Of a stretch of 28,719 nucleotides of DNA, positions 28,386 to 28,719 are shown piece after piece. The notes under the pieces were generated by a model that saw only the letters and a list, made by a program, of their open reading frames with translations, had not been told where the DNA came from and ran no database searches. The stretch is taken from contig JANOAV010000036.1 of assembly GCA_031411295.1 (NCBI GenBank), positions 1 to 28,719 on the forward strand. Reading direction: 5' to 3'. The translations under genes and the position numbers were made by a program. Numbering within the stretch: the first letter of the stretch is position 1; each line of letters opens with the position of its first letter. This DNA is from Verrucomicrobiales bacterium. GTDB lineage: Bacteria > Verrucomicrobiota > Verrucomicrobiia > Verrucomicrobiales > V1-33.

Positions 28386-28389
28386 TGAG

Positions 28390-28457
28390 CGAATGTGGAG
28401 CCGTCCGCTGGACTGCTCAAAAAGGGGCCAACAGTCCAGCGGACTGTCCCACATGCG
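28390..28457. repeat. Inverted pair of family A REP-like repeats (copies 4 and 5)
   Basis: CGAATGTGGAGCCGTCCGCTGGACTGCTC on +, and CGCATGTGGGACAGTCCGCTGGACTGT on -. Confidence 0.85.
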
Positions 28458-28470
28458 TTAGCCGGCACTT

Positions 28471-28500
28471 CTGGGAGTGGCGCGCGTCCCGCCGCCATTC
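28471..28500 (+). repeat. GGAG-headed REP-like hairpin
   Basis: CTGGGAGTGGCGCGCGTCCCGCCGCCATTC; GAGTGGCG pairs with CGCCATTC. Confidence 0.4.
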
Positions 28501-28561
28501 GCATTGCACGCGATTTTTCAATCCCGTTCCAAGGAACCGCAGGCCCCTATTGCGCCATAAG

Positions 28562-28581
28562 TTGGAGTCCCGGCTTCAGCC
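28562..28581 (+). repeat. Truncated GGAG-headed REP-like hairpin
   Basis: TTGGAGTCCCGGCTTCAGCC: the stem CCGGCT-TC-AGCC(GG) is cut off at the putative IS end. Confidence 0.45.
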
Positions 28582-28719
28582 CAATGCCTTTAAGGATTGG
28601 TGATGGTGATGGTTTTGACGAGCGGTTGGGAGCTGGGGATTTTGGTTTTGGGCCAGGCTTTGACGGGTTGGCGCAGGGTGCGGGGACAGCTCCTCGGCGG
28701 GCGTTCCTTGATCAGGGCG
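28582..28719 (-). mobile_element. Right end of a probable IS4-family insertion sequence (continues past the window)
   Basis: Terminal CAATGCCTTTAAG resembles IS4-type ends (AATGCC..TTAAG) and contains the stop codon of a transposase-like ORF. Confidence 0.6.
28590..28718 (-). CDS. C-terminal fragment of a probable IS4-family transposase
   Basis: Not in the ORF track. Reads ALIKERPPRSCPRTLRQPVKAWPKTKIPSSQPLVKTITITNP*. The RxxRSCPRxxRQPVxxWP tail is typical of IS4-family transposases. Confidence 0.6.
   Translation of the reverse strand, partial: ALIKERPPRSCPRTLRQPVKAWPKTKIPSSQPLVKTITITNP

Noticed and set aside
28055..28603. ORF-track entries overlapping the tRNA and REP cluster
   Set aside because: They begin inside the tRNA or run through palindromic repeats and are not protein-like.

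Overview
Bacterial chromosomal window, probably Verrucomicrobiota. This is inferred from a PSCyt/DUF1553-DUF1549 cytochrome gene, the gene content and pyrimidine-rich leaders without an SD site. Core genes are typA, a rhomboid protease, accB-accC, a U32/RlhA-like hydroxylase, thiS, a TolC/NodT outer-membrane factor, a Tat-exported EEP hydrolase and tRNA-Gly(CCC). The best candidate for a new system is a small, more AT-rich operon directly after accC. It encodes a divergent ribosomal-protein bL19 paralogue lacking the basic C-terminal tail, a TIR/NDT-fold protein whose expected catalytic Glu is Lys, and a translationally coupled DUF2238 membrane protein. Other notable items: a CckA-like hybrid kinase lacking the phospho-His; a membrane-anchored coiled-coil of about 1170 aa with nested duplications; REP-like hairpin repeats showing compensatory base changes; a MITE-like inverted-repeat element; and, at the right edge, an IS4-like transposase end abutting a truncated REP just downstream of the tRNA. 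All family calls come from motif recognition by eye; no database searches were run.
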